From positions 36,210,001-36,274,000 of the forward strand of contig CM119371.1 in NCBI GenBank assembly GCA_051294905.1: 64,000 bases of DNA. The letters are read 5' to 3'. The DNA comes from Botryllus schlosseri. Its lineage: Eukaryota. Numbering within the stretch: position 1 is the stretch's first letter; the number at the start of each line of letters is the position of its first letter. Shown here piece after piece: positions 13,274 through 24,502 of the stretch. The translations under genes and the position numbers were made by a program. The notes under the pieces were generated by a model. The model made no database searches and had not been told where the DNA came from. It saw nothing but the letters and a program-made list of their open reading frames with translations.

Positions 13274-14905
13274 ATGGTACACGTCATATGTCCAGATGCG
13301 GAGAAACATGCGGTGAAGATGATGAAAGAATTACATCAAATGAAACTGGAAAATGATCACTGTGACTTCATAGTTCAAGTCCGAGATGATGTCTATTACA
13401 CCCACAAAAATATATTGTCGGCTGGTTCTGATTATTTCAGAGCTATGTTGAAGCACGACACGAAAGAGAGACGCGAAGGAAAAGTCGTGTTCACCGATGT
13501 GGATTCCGAGTGTGTGAAAAATTGCATTGATTTCATATATTCGGGTAAATTTGAGATACTTGATGAAAAGACGTGTGATCTTCTTCATGTCGCAATCATG
13601 ATGCAGTTGGAAGATGTAAAGCGAGCCGTATCTGACATTTTCACCGAAGTAATTACCGTTCAGAATTACTACTCCATAAAAAAAGTTGCTGAGATGTACG
13701 GACTGGACGATGTTAACTCAAAATGCAGAATGTTTTTTCAAAACAATATCGTGGAAATCTCAAACCAATGCAAGTTCGGAGATACAGAAATAAAGGACAT
13801 CCTCAGTGTTGTGAGGTCAAAAATTTCAAAGCTTTGTGAGCACGAAAAGCTTATGTTATCACTGAAGTGGGTTGAGAAAGATCCAAATAATAAGGATAAT
13901 TTGCTCGATTGTCTGGATATACTCAGGTTTGATTTAATTTCCCCAGCATTTTTAAAAAATCTGTTAAAGACTCATCCCATTATCAGCAATGACTTTTTGT
14001 TGTACAAGTTGATCAATGACCATCTTATGAAAGCCACAATAAAGCCGATCGAAGCAGAAATTGGCGGGGAATTGTTAATTCTCTTCGACTTTCTTGAAAC
14101 AGATTGTCTCCAACCTTTCAATCCCATGAGCGAAAAACTTGAGAATTTTCATGATCAGAAGTTAACGTGTACGGTGGATTTTGGTTTGATTTCTGTCGAC
14201 CCTCATATTTATGCTTTGTGTCGGGATAAATCTGTTCACCGACTCAATTTTCGAAGCAAAAATTCAAAATGGGAGGAGATAAACGACATGATTGTTGAAC
14301 ATGGAGTCTGTCCTCCCTCAGTTTCATTGGCGGGATCAATATTCGTTATCGGAGGAAGTGGTCCTATAGCATCGGATGTTGTCGAAAGATTTGACCCAAC
14401 TCTAAATCAATGGTTCCTACTGGAAAGCAAGATCGAGTCAATTTGTGATACAGCTCTCGTATCATTGAATGATTCTATCTATTGCATCGGAGGTTTAGTA
14501 CCAAACGTTGCTGGCTATGTAGCAGTTTCTTCATTCCGGAGATTCACTCCATCTTCGTCAGAGTGGGTTGACCTCCAACCATTGAGATATCCCGTGTCTA
14601 GGAGTGGTGCTGTTGCAGTCGATCAGAAGATATATGTGATCGGTGGGTTGAGGGGAGGAATGATACTCAACGACGCAGAGTGTTACAATGTCACATCAGC
14701 TCAGTGGACTTCATTGTCATGCACAAATGCTCCCCATTCACGGACTAATACTCATCACGTGGAAAACTGGATTTTTGTAGCAGGCAGTTTTGAGAGGTTT
14801 GAAGATACTGAGAAGTATGATATACTACATGACAAATGGTATAAAGTGGAATCAAAAGTCGATCGAAGCTTAACGGTTTACGTATCCGCATTGATCAAGT
14901 TTTAG
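13274..14905 (+). CDS. Kelch-like protein (BTB-BACK-Kelch repeats), intronless, 543 aa
   Basis: BTB signature (HCDFIVQV..YTHKNILSAGSDYFRAML..IDFIYSG), BACK region (LKWVEKD..LRFDLI), and several Kelch repeats (IFVIGG..VERFDP..W, IYCIGG, IYVIGG..AECYN..W). Single uninterrupted ORF. Confidence 0.93.
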   Translation: MVHVICPDAEKHAVKMMKELHQMKLENDHCDFIVQVRDDVYYTHKNILSAGSDYFRAMLKHDTKERREGKVVFTDVDSECVKNCIDFIYSGKFEILDEKTCDLLHVAIMMQLEDVKRAVSDIFTEVITVQNYYSIKKVAEMYGLDDVNSKCRMFFQNNIVEISNQCKFGDTEIKDILSVVRSKISKLCEHEKLMLSLKWVEKDPNNKDNLLDCLDILRFDLISPAFLKNLLKTHPIISNDFLLYKLINDHLMKATIKPIEAEIGGELLILFDFLETDCLQPFNPMSEKLENFHDQKLTCTVDFGLISVDPHIYALCRDKSVHRLNFRSKNSKWEEINDMIVEHGVCPPSVSLAGSIFVIGGSGPIASDVVERFDPTLNQWFLLESKIESICDTALVSLNDSIYCIGGLVPNVAGYVAVSSFRRFTPSSSEWVDLQPLRYPVSRSGAVAVDQKIYVIGGLRGGMILNDAECYNVTSAQWTSLSCTNAPHSRTNTHHVENWIFVAGSFERFEDTEKYDILHDKWYKVESKVDRSLTVYVSALIKF

Positions 14906-15624
14906 ATCTCACATACCACCGCATAATATGTGTACGGTATAATAATATGAGCTTGAACACACGGGTATAGGGATATAAAGGGATAATGTCGTTTACCGTT
15001 GTGTTTTTGAATTTGTTTGGTATTTTACTGGCGCCATTCTTGAAACTAATTCTATCCACAGATGTTTTTATGTTTGTTCTACTCCGTTAAGTGGATATGT
15101 GTTTCCGATTTTACTTCATGACTTCCCAGGAAACATATTGCTTTTAGTATTTTTCAAGAAAAATGCTGTTCTGGGGTTAGATTTCCATTGTCTGAAGCTC
15201 GGAACGCTCCCAGTACACAATACTTGATGAAAATGTTTCTGCTGTTTCTTTTCACTGTCGAATCTGACTACTGTATATGATATATGCCGGTGTATATGTA
15301 TTATGTAGGCTATGGCATGGTACCTATTCTTCAATATGGATAGAAGTTGATCAAATGGGAAATTTGTTTAAAAATGTTGCATGTTATATTTAATATCTGC
15401 ATAACTGGTTTGTTTAGTTGCTGTCCTCTCACTTCCAATTAATTCTGATTGTATACGCCAGTGCTTTTCAACCTTCTGAGAACCATTTGTTTGCGAAAAT
15501 GTCATCCTCACTCTCACAGACCAACCGAGAATTTTTCACAAAAATAAAATTTTAGAACGTGTTATCAGTTGCTTCTGAATATTTCTGCGAATTTCAGACC
15601 AGTTAGGAACGACTTATTCCTTCA

Positions 15625-15845
15625 CGACTCCCCGTATTAAGTCATCGAGCGTCTCATCAGAAAGACAACTCCTTTACACTTTTTGAGGTCAACTAATGCG
15701 CTAAAGCCTTTTTCGACCAACTATGTTGCAGGGTTTTGTGCAAGAACTTCTAGTGCTTGCATGGCCAGATCTTTTATAAGAACTATCCTAAAACCCGTAT
15801 CTAAACTGTAGCTTGTTTTACGCAATTAGAAATGCTTTCTGAGGA
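15625..15845 (-). pseudogene. Relic of a hAT transposase C-terminal dimerisation domain
   Basis: Minus frame LAMQALEVLAQNPAT*LVEKGFSALVDLKK, then after a frameshift RSCLSDETLDDLIRG. This resembles the hAT motif AL..L.PF.TTYLCE.GFS.L..IK.K.R. Contains stops and a frameshift. Confidence 0.55.
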
Positions 15846-16694
15846 TAAATTGTTTGTAAGAGTATGTCCCAAAGGCCCATACGGCTCCTGTTTACCCCTT
15901 GTTCGTAATCCATAGCTTTGTTTTTGATGCTTCCGTCTGATGACTCTGAAAATACGCTTCAAAATTATTTGTATAGTGTTGTGAATTTCTGTTTCCCTAC
16001 TGATCCGAATATTAATTTTAATGATACGAGTCGAGTAATAAAAGACGATTTTTTCGAGTACGGTAATTATACGCTTCTCGCAACTGAAAGTTAATTTACT
16101 GACGATAATTATAGTTTTGATACTATTTTCCACTGAGGAAGCCTTGCAACCTTGATTGTCCGTGTCGCAGCATACGAGATACAGTACAAATCTTCGAACG
16201 TTACGGGAAATAACATATTTCCGAAGTCATGATCATTTCACAACATTGCCAAGATGTGCAATGAAATCGGTATGGTGGGGAACATACCAAAGTATCTTTA
16301 ACGTGCCGGATAACAGGAAATATATTCTTGGTGGTCGCATAAAAGGTACATATTTGAACTTTCGCATAATACATTATGTCGTGACGTCATAATATGTGAT
16401 AATCAGAATCGAATCACTCATAGGTACTCGATTTTGCCCAGCCCTGGTCATAATCGCTATTGAGGCTATTGCTGAGCATGACCGTATAATGTACCGTATA
16501 ATCTACTGTTTTGTAGTTTTGTATAAATAAGTAGCCTACTCGTAGATTATAATATCGGAGTTTTCGGACCGAGGAATTGAAGAAACAGGATCGGAGTCGT
16601 ACCCCAGAATTTTTGGATCCGCCCCGCACAAATAGGAACCATGAGAAAATCTCGTTTTCCATTGCCGCTTTGCAAACGACTGACAATTTCTCAC

Positions 16695-17365
16695 ACACTC
16701 TTTCATATGATATAACCTACGGTGTCATTCTGTGGGGTTCTGCCAAAGCCAACAACGACTTGGATCGGGTTACAACCCTGCATAATAAAACAATCAGATT
16801 GACTTGTCTCGCTAGTCGGAGGTATAGTAAAAATCTCCAATATGGTAGCCTACCTTGCACATTTTAAAAGCATAGGATGTCCATACATATGAAACAGATA
16901 AACTCATGCACAACTATACTATACAGTGATAGCTTACCTGAAATATTCCTAGACTAGTTTACTCATCTCACAAACCACCATACTCGAGGCTCTGCTATGA
17001 ACCTATTTTTACCACATGAACATCCAAAAATAATGAGGTTTCTAGGCCCTCTAATATAGTACTCCATTCCGTCTCATATTAAAAAATAAACCTTTCTACG
17101 TGTTCCAACGAATGTACCATCATGAATCCATTATTTGGTAAACCCTCTTGACCATCATTTACTGTGAGCGGTCACATTTCCATTTTAATGTTTTTAAAAC
17201 GTTAGAGTGCAATGCAATGCACCATGCACATTGCACAAGTCTCCATTAAGCCTGTTTAGCTGACTTGATGGTCTCCCAATCCCCTCGTTATCGCCTGGTT
17301 CTGAAATGATTTCTATTTTGCTTCATATTTATAACTGAACTGAACCGAACCGAATAAATTCTCTC
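16695..17365 (+). pseudogene. 5'-truncated CR1/L2-group LINE (ORF2 C-terminus plus 3' UTR)
   Basis: ITYGVILWGSA..LDRVTTLHNKTIRL matches the ORF2 C-terminal region of the intact LINE. Ends in (ACYGA)n followed by AATAAATTCTCTC. Confidence 0.75.
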
Positions 17366-18209
17366 AATATCTTTATCTCCTACTCCGACTCGAACTATAC
17401 TTTGAAATCGAACCCAATTTTCTTAAGTGTTGTCGAAAAGCGGCGATTGTGTTAATGAAGTATTCAACTTTTTCACCTGAGCAGACTTACGCTAATATTA
17501 TTTCTGTCCCCTGCTAGCACTATTTCTTTTAAATTCACGTGAACTTTATACACGTGGTGATATTAATAACTAAAAAAGGTAATGGAACTATAATTTTGTA
17601 GTAGATTTACAGAAATCTTAGAGTGGAATACTTTTGTGCAGAAAATATTAGTAGTTGGTAAGATAGGTAAGGCTGAATCTGTGGTTATCATCAACTGACA
17701 AATCCTGACATCATTTGCGGGATCTCAATAAACAGTTTCTCGATACGCGTTTTATTGTGATACGTACGTGACTATTAGCCTATAGGTTTCGCCAATGAGT
17801 CTCTGGAACTATAGAAATGGCGCAGTCTTTATATAGGAGAGGAATTTTCAAAACATGAGTATTATATCATAGGGCCATGATTAATAACTAGAGCTGCATC
17901 TGCCCTAATACACAACTGGAACCGGTGCATGCAGGATGTATACATGAATCACTGATCAGAAGCGGAACTTTGCAGTTGAAGCGTATACGGGATGATTAAA
18001 TATGGTAATACGGTTGTTTACAGGGGAAATACTAAAGGATTTTAAAAAAGTAGTAGTGGTAACTACGGCAAATTAAATCTTAAGTCGTCGAAAGCGCTGG
18101 TCGCCACTAAGAAGAATTGAAATGAAACATATTTCTCGTTCTTAAAAAATTACACAGTCAAATATTTGGTTGAAATCATCTTTCTCCCAATTTTAATGCG
18201 ACATATAAC

Positions 18210-18661
18210 TAGGGTTGCATGCAAAACAAACGGTGTTTTAAAACAATTTGTTTGAAACATGTTTTAAACGGTGTTTTAAATAAAGGCCTTTTCAAAAAAA
18301 ATTGTGTTTTTTTAAGTTGTAAAATTATGCCATAATTGTGTAAATACTATACAAAAACATTTTGTATGAGCCTACGAACAATTACAACCCGATACAGCCG
18401 ACGTATATCGATATAGGATTGTTGGAACCATCAAAATAGCCGGTTCAACAGCAATAGTACATATATTTAGTCAAAGGAGCTATTTTTATCCTATATTTTC
18501 GATTGTCAATGTCAATCCACTATGATGTCACAGTTGAATATTCGTGACGTCATGGCTTTGAAAAAACATATAAACAAAAACAATAAAAAATATGTTTTAA
18601 ATTAGAACCTAGTTTTAAACATGTATGTTTTAAATTGATCTTTGTTTTAAATGCAACCCTA
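18210..18661. mobile_element. hAT-type MITE
   Basis: Termini TAGGGTTGCAT / ATGCAACCCTA. Perfect TSD CATATAAC (18202-18209, 18662-18669). TGTTTTAAA subterminal repeats. Confidence 0.9.
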
Positions 18662-20093
18662 CATATAACGATCTGAATTATTCGTTTAAAGTAGTTTCGT
18701 CATTTCTTATGAGTCGATGTTTCTATTTGAAATCGAAATTTGCGGCATTACAACTATTCACTGCCTTGACTATCATTTTTTCGCGACATAAGGGTGAAGA
18801 GCTTTAAGATGTTAAATCTGAACCAAATTATCACGGGTATGATATATGCTAACACGGAATTATTCAGTATCGGCTGTATCAATCCAAGATACCACATGAA
18901 TTATGATAAATGCATATATAATAATTATGGAAAACGAGTTGGCCATGTCTAGCATTCATAAATTAATCATGGGCACGTTCTCTGTCAATATAACGTCACA
19001 CGAGCCACGATTTACCTATTGATTGTATGCCGGAGTCGATTTTTAAACATATATAATAATATAGCTTTCAATACAACATCCATTGCAGCAGTATATTTAT
19101 TAAAGTCGAAGACTTTTCGGGTGCCTCTTTTCAAGAGTTATCGGCACACTAAAGGGATTTAAACAGATTTAAAAGCAAAACCAAAATTGGATTGGATAGG
19201 ATGATATCGACTTGATTCTCTCCAAAAATGGCTATCCGGACCACATATTAAAATGCTCCATCTCTAGGGTATTGAAAAAATCGGATACAGCCCCAAAATA
19301 TGGCCCAGAAAAATGCCCGGCATTTTTACACCTACCTTGGCTAGGTAACGTGTCTAGCCGATTTGAAAAGCTTATTAAATCGGCTGTTCACCGTTGCTAC
19401 TACAGCGTTAACACGCATGTAGTGTACACGACGAAACCCTTGTTACCCAACTCTCGAAAAGATGTACTTCCTGCCTTTGATGCAAGTAATGTTGTTTACC
19501 AGTACAAGTGCCACTGTGATAGTAGGTATGTAGGACGTACATCTCAAAGATTGTTTGAGCGTATTAAGCAGCATATCCCAAAATTGATTCGGTCAAAAAC
19601 ATGCGCAAATGATCGCACGGAGCTCGCACGTCAGTGCAAATTGGCTGCAAAAACAGACTGCTATGATGATTACCAAGCATATGCTTCGTCAATCGGTCAG
19701 CATCTGAGCGAAAACCTTGCCTGTGCACAGCACTATGATGACAATATGTTCACTGTCATTGCGCGTGGTAAGAGAGAGAGATATTTATTTCTTCGTCAAC
19801 CGGAATAAACAGAATGAAAAGCATGAAAAATGCTCAAAACAAAACAAAAACACATACACAGTAATAATAGTGTGTAATTGCCTCTATAACGGTATAGACG
19901 GGTGCCGGCGATATGATCCTTACGATCTTCATGTCAAGCCGGAACCTAGGAGATTAGAAACAAGTATATAGATACATACACTCATGCTTACTAGATATGG
20001 TGGTTTGTAAAAAAACGAAAACAGAAAAACAACAACGAACTACACAGTGGATGCCTTGATGCGATAGCAGATGGGGAATACATCCGATGGTGA

Positions 20094-23057
20094 TTAGTAC
20101 TTACTGAGAAGTAGGTCAAGGAACTCCGCCTTGAATGACGGAAAGCTCATACTTTTCAGTCGCGGGGGTAATTTATTCCACACATCAATTCCAGCACGCT
20201 TCAAGGGAGGAAAAGCATTGTCGGAATTAGACATAAATAGGTTAGATCGAGTACCGTAGCTGTGTATATGCATGCAGTATTCAAAGTAGTTTACAAGTGA
20301 ATTTGGAACTTCTTGTTTGTTAAACTTATACATGAACTTTGCTACTTCAAAAATATATATGTCCTCAACTTTAAGAATGCGAAGTTTCTTATAATATGGA
20401 GATAAGCGATGATAGATGGACAGTCCAGCAATAGCCCGAATGGCTTTATTCTGCAGTACTTGCAGTGCCTTCAAAATAGTTTGGGTTGTAGATCCCCACA
20501 TAATAATACCATATTGCAAATGGCAGTGAACGATGGAGAAATAAAGACTTCTGAGCATAGGCCTAGGAACAATTCTATTCAGTCGCCACAGGACACCAGT
20601 TTTGCGAGAGATCTTCGACGAAACATGACTTGTATGGGTATTCCAACTGAGGTCATTGTCAATAAATATTCCTAGATATTTCATTGATTTGCAAAAGCAC
20701 ATCACTTGACCAGCCATCATTAATTTGTGATTAATATTGGAGAGTTCTGTTCTCCTTTTTTCTTTACCTATGGGTAACACTTGGCTCTTACTAGCATTTA
20801 TGGACAATTTGTTACATGTGAGCCAGTTGCTGATAAGTTCAAGTTGGCTGTCAGTTGATATCATCAGATTTTGACTATTGGATGAGGATAGCAGTAAGTG
20901 TGTGTCATCTGCAAAAAGGGTAGTGGCAAATTGTGAACAGGCAGTTATATCATTAATATACAATAGGAACAAAGTTGGCCCCAAAACTGACCCCTGTGGT
21001 ATACCGCAGGAGACAGCACGATAGTCAGATTTCTCTTGACCGATGACTGTATATTGTTGTCGGTCAGTAAGATAATTACGAAATATTTCGAGAGCAGTAC
21101 CGCGTACACCATAACATTCTAGCTTATCAATTAGTAATGAGTGGTCGACAGTATCAAATGCCTTTTTGAGGTCAAGCGAGATCGCCATACCATAACTGTT
21201 GGTTGATTGTACATCATAGTATCCAGTCATTATTTCAAGAATGGCATGAATAGTAGAATGTTGATCCCGAAAACCATATTGGTGATTGCTGATTATTTTG
21301 TATTTTGACAAAAAACTAATGAGCCTACTTTGTAAAAGTTTCTCAAATACAATTGCTAGACTAGGTAGAACTGAAATAGGCCTATAGTTGTTTGTCGTGA
21401 ACCTTGAACCTCCTTTGTAGACAGGGGTTATTTTACCTATTTTGAGGGAGTTCGGAAAGCATCCGAGTTCCAGCGATTTGTTGAAGTAATATGATAATGG
21501 AACACTCAGTGGACCTGCAATTATCTTTAGGAGGTTATTTGGTACTTGATCATGTCCCGTTGCTTTAGCAGATTTGAGAGTATGTATGGTACGTTTCACT
21601 TCATCTGCTGTTGATGGCTCCAGGAACATTGACGACATATTTCTTCTCAAGTAATCTTGCGCTTTTGTTGCGGATGGTGGAACAGCAGAAGCCAACTTTG
21701 GACCAATTGATGCGAAGAAGTCGTTGAACTCGTTCGCTACCTTCTTTGGTTCTTTGATGGTACTACCATTTACATCACATTTCAGATATGGGGATGCAGA
21801 AGTTTTGCTGTTATTGATTAGTCCTTTTATGATCTTCCAAGTATCTCTTTGATTTCCATGACAGCTTGAAAATAATTTTCGGAAATATGCTTCTTTTGCT
21901 TTTTTCTTGATTGAGCACAACTTTTTGGCATACTCTTTGTGACGTAGCATATCTTGCACATTTTTTGTTCTAATAAACTTCTGACACAAAAAATTTCTAG
22001 TTTTTATTGCTCGAAGAATGCCAGGTGTGAGCCATGGTTTTAATTTGATTTTTTGCTGTCGTCGAGAAAGTCTTTTGATAGGAGCGTGTGAATCAAACAC
22101 ATTCTTGATTTCCTCAATAAAGTTACTGAATTTCTTGTTCAATTCGTTACTGTTGACACATGGTGTTGTAGCCGCTTGCTCAAATTTTTCATATGCATCT
22201 TGCAAGAGGTTGTCGTTGTTCAGGTTACTCAAATCTCTTTGCAGTGCATGAGATGGACGAGATGTAATAGGTTTTAAACCAAATTCACATAAGATAGGAA
22301 AATGGTCAGAGATATCATGGCATAGTATGGCTGGAGACAGCTCTATGTCACTTACATTGGTTATTATATGGTCCAAGAGGCTTTCACAGTCTTGTGTAAC
22401 ACGGGTTGCATCAGACACAAGTTGAATAGAACTCGAGGAGTGCAGGCAGTTTTTGTAGCGTTCGACGATTTTAGAATTTGCAAGGAGGTTGATGTTGATG
22501 TCTCCCATAATTATGAAGTTTCGTCCACAATGAATTAACATCTCTAATGTCTTTTCAAAACAGTCCAAGAATTCTGAGGGACTTCCACGTGGATGCCTGT
22601 ATATGATGCCAATGGTAATAGAATTTGATCTTATTGGATCCAGTGTGACGTCCGCCCATATCTCCTCAACTGATGAGCAATTGAGTTTGTATTTATCAAC
22701 CAAGAAGTAATCATATCCTTCGGCAATATACATCCCAACTCCACCAGCACCTGTCCTGGATGGACAGTGGTTAAATGAGTAGTTGGGTAGGTCTATATTG
22801 ATTTGTGGGTTACTTTTAAGGCGTGTTTCGGAGATGCCGAGTATGCAGGGTGGTTGTTGCATTAAGGATAAAAGAGTCCAAAGGCCACTATGGTGCTTCT
22901 GGAGAGATCGGATATTTAGGTGCATCATGGTAGATTTTTTTCCAATTTGCTTCAGCTCGCTTGGTAAAAGTTTCTTGCATCGAGTAATGTTGGTAAACAA
23001 TAAACTTCCATCTTCTTCATCATTGGGATTGTGCTCAGATGTTTTTGGGGTCGCCAT
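20094..23057 (-). CDS. LINE ORF2: APE endonuclease plus reverse transcriptase, 987 aa
   Basis: APE motifs HLNIRSL, ISET, IYRHP, MGDINI, LDHI, SDHFP. RT motifs YRPISVL, QYGFR, LDLKKAFDTVDH, GIPQGSVLGP, FADD, KYLG. Uninterrupted. Confidence 0.96.
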   Translation of the reverse strand: MATPKTSEHNPNDEEDGSLLFTNITRCKKLLPSELKQIGKKSTMMHLNIRSLQKHHSGLWTLLSLMQQPPCILGISETRLKSNPQINIDLPNYSFNHCPSRTGAGGVGMYIAEGYDYFLVDKYKLNCSSVEEIWADVTLDPIRSNSITIGIIYRHPRGSPSEFLDCFEKTLEMLIHCGRNFIIMGDININLLANSKIVERYKNCLHSSSSIQLVSDATRVTQDCESLLDHIITNVSDIELSPAILCHDISDHFPILCEFGLKPITSRPSHALQRDLSNLNNDNLLQDAYEKFEQAATTPCVNSNELNKKFSNFIEEIKNVFDSHAPIKRLSRRQQKIKLKPWLTPGILRAIKTRNFLCQKFIRTKNVQDMLRHKEYAKKLCSIKKKAKEAYFRKLFSSCHGNQRDTWKIIKGLINNSKTSASPYLKCDVNGSTIKEPKKVANEFNDFFASIGPKLASAVPPSATKAQDYLRRNMSSMFLEPSTADEVKRTIHTLKSAKATGHDQVPNNLLKIIAGPLSVPLSYYFNKSLELGCFPNSLKIGKITPVYKGGSRFTTNNYRPISVLPSLAIVFEKLLQSRLISFLSKYKIISNHQYGFRDQHSTIHAILEIMTGYYDVQSTNSYGMAISLDLKKAFDTVDHSLLIDKLECYGVRGTALEIFRNYLTDRQQYTVIGQEKSDYRAVSCGIPQGSVLGPTLFLLYINDITACSQFATTLFADDTHLLLSSSNSQNLMISTDSQLELISNWLTCNKLSINASKSQVLPIGKEKRRTELSNINHKLMMAGQVMCFCKSMKYLGIFIDNDLSWNTHTSHVSSKISRKTGVLWRLNRIVPRPMLRSLYFSIVHCHLQYGIIMWGSTTQTILKALQVLQNKAIRAIAGLSIYHRLSPYYKKLRILKVEDIYIFEVAKFMYKFNKQEVPNSLVNYFEYCMHIHSYGTRSNLFMSNSDNAFPPLKRAGIDVWNKLPPRLKSMSFPSFKAEFLDLLLSKY

Positions 23058-23105
23058 TTTTTACTTCAGAGTGTAAAATATGATGAGTAAGTTCACAAGC
23101 ATTTT

Positions 23106-24059
23106 CTACTTGAGGCGGTGCAGCACTTCCATTGAGTCGATGTGAATTATTTTGGATTTCTCGTTCTTTCGCAGAAAGATCTTTCCGTTGCTAGTCCATA
23201 CAAATTTATATTCGAGCTCTCTTTTTTTTTGCCGGGCTTCATAATGCAGATCTCTTTTCAGTTTCGTGAGATTTTCATTCATGAACAAGTTCTTCATTCC
23301 AGATATGCCGAAATCAAAAGAATTTGTGATATCCTTTCTTTTTTTGAAGAAATCATCACGTGTCGACATTGACTTGAATCTAACAAGAATGATGGGATGG
23401 GATTGTTTTGCATCATCTTTTTTATTAGTAGGGGATTGTTTTACATCATTCTTTTTAGTAAATCTGCGGCAGTAGGATATTTCATTCCGTGTCAGGCTCA
23501 TGTTCAATTTTGAGGCAAGATGGATGACAAGCTGTACAGGATCTTCATTAGCCATCATCGGTACTCCATGAAGCTCCAGATTTTCTCTCCTGGATCGCAT
23601 TTCTATATCATCTACTTCTTTTTCGTTCGTTTTGACTCTTTCCTTGAGTTCCTGTGTTTCGTTTATGAACTTTTCATTTTCTGATTTCAAGTCTTTCAAA
23701 GCTTTTTGCATTTCAGTTATTTTAGCTTTTTGTTCTTCGTATTGACTAGCGTAGAAAGATTTTTCAGTTGCATCTTGATTTATGTGATTTGTTAGTTCTC
23801 TTTTTATCTTATCATTTTCTTGCCCGAGGGATGCCAATTTTGCTGTCAGATCATCTTTTGTGTTGGCGATACAATTCTCAAGCTTTTTGCCCATGCGTTT
23901 TTCAGATTCCTTCACTTTGTTGTCGATAAGACTCTTGACGGCATCAGTTATCAGATTTTCCAGTTTCTGTGAGAGGGTGCCCGTGATTCTTTCCTCCATT
24001 GTATCCATCCGTAACAGTAGTTCTTCAATTTTCGTTTGCAGTTGCGCTGTCGTTGGCAT
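23106..24059 (-). CDS. LINE ORF1 (coiled coil, L1-type RRM and C-terminal domain), 317 aa from ATG 24059
   Basis: Long heptad-rich N-terminus, then SRRENLELHGVP, PIILVRF, LFMNENLT and YKFVWTSNGKIFLRK motifs typical of this ORF1 class. Confidence 0.9.
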   Translation of the reverse strand: MPTTAQLQTKIEELLLRMDTMEERITGTLSQKLENLITDAVKSLIDNKVKESEKRMGKKLENCIANTKDDLTAKLASLGQENDKIKRELTNHINQDATEKSFYASQYEEQKAKITEMQKALKDLKSENEKFINETQELKERVKTNEKEVDDIEMRSRRENLELHGVPMMANEDPVQLVIHLASKLNMSLTRNEISYCRRFTKKNDVKQSPTNKKDDAKQSHPIILVRFKSMSTRDDFFKKRKDITNSFDFGISGMKNLFMNENLTKLKRDLHYEARQKKRELEYKFVWTSNGKIFLRKNEKSKIIHIDSMEVLHRLK

Positions 24060-24465
24060 GGCGAGTACCGGTAGTATACCACTCTTCACGATGCAGCAAT
24101 ATTTCAATTAATTTATCTAGTAGCTATCTAGTAGTTATCTTAATACAACCAAATGGTAGGTCTGTGTTTCATTTAAAAGTGTTGGAGTCTACTATTATTC
24201 AGTTGAGCAAACCTATTTTATGCAGACAGAAAGATTTCCTCTATAACCTACAAATTTCTCATTAGTGCGTGTTGTTCCGTGCGTGTAATTGTTTATTTAC
24301 AAATTGTGCTGCTAGTATAGTACCGTATGTCCGTATACTTCGTAGTTTGTTATTGTTGCCATTGATACGATGCGAATTTCATGGTCTGTGATTTTGATTG
24401 TTGCGTCATACTTTGCCTTTTTGGTTTTGCTTTTAAATCTGTTTAAATCCCTTTAGTGTGCCGAT

Positions 24466-24502
24466 AACTCTTGAAAAGAGGCACCCGAAAAGTCTTCGAG
24501 TT
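24466..24502 (+). ncRNA. Putative minimal type I hammerhead ribozyme (U3-A8 core variant) in the Penelope pseudo-LTR; second copy at 19103-19139 on -
   Basis: AACTC - TTGAAAA - GAGGCACCC - GAAA - AGTCT - TC - GAGTT fits stem I / core / short stem II / GAAA / vestigial stem III / UH / stem I. Confidence 0.65.

Larger units (their letters stand above)
19771..24153 (-). mobile_element. Apparently full-length non-LTR retrotransposon of the CR1 group (L2/Crack/Daphne-like)
   Basis: ~94-nt 5' UTR, ORF1, 48-nt spacer, ORF2, and a 3' UTR ending AATAAATATCTCTCTCTCT on -. TGGTA is duplicated at 19766-19770 and 24154-24158. Confidence 0.92.
19212..24265 (+). pseudogene. Penelope-like ORF C-terminus (RT thumb plus GIY-YIG endonuclease), segments 19212-19770 and 24159-24265
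   Basis: NGYP, LPWLG, KDVLP..SNVVYQYKCHCDSRYVGRTSQRLFERIKQH and SSIGQHL motifs. Removing the LINE restores FTVIARG|RSVFHLKVLESTIIQLSKPILCRQKDFLYNL*. The RT core is absent. Confidence 0.9.

Noticed and set aside
24060..24107. TTG-initiated 16-aa N-terminal extension of LINE ORF1 given by the ORF track
   Set aside because: Eukaryotic context. The first ATG (24059, GCCATG) is the more plausible start.
20409..24111. Plus-strand ORFs overlapping the LINE (e.g. 22783-23076, 23860-24111)
   Set aside because: Short antisense shadows of long minus-strand ORFs with no recognisable motifs.
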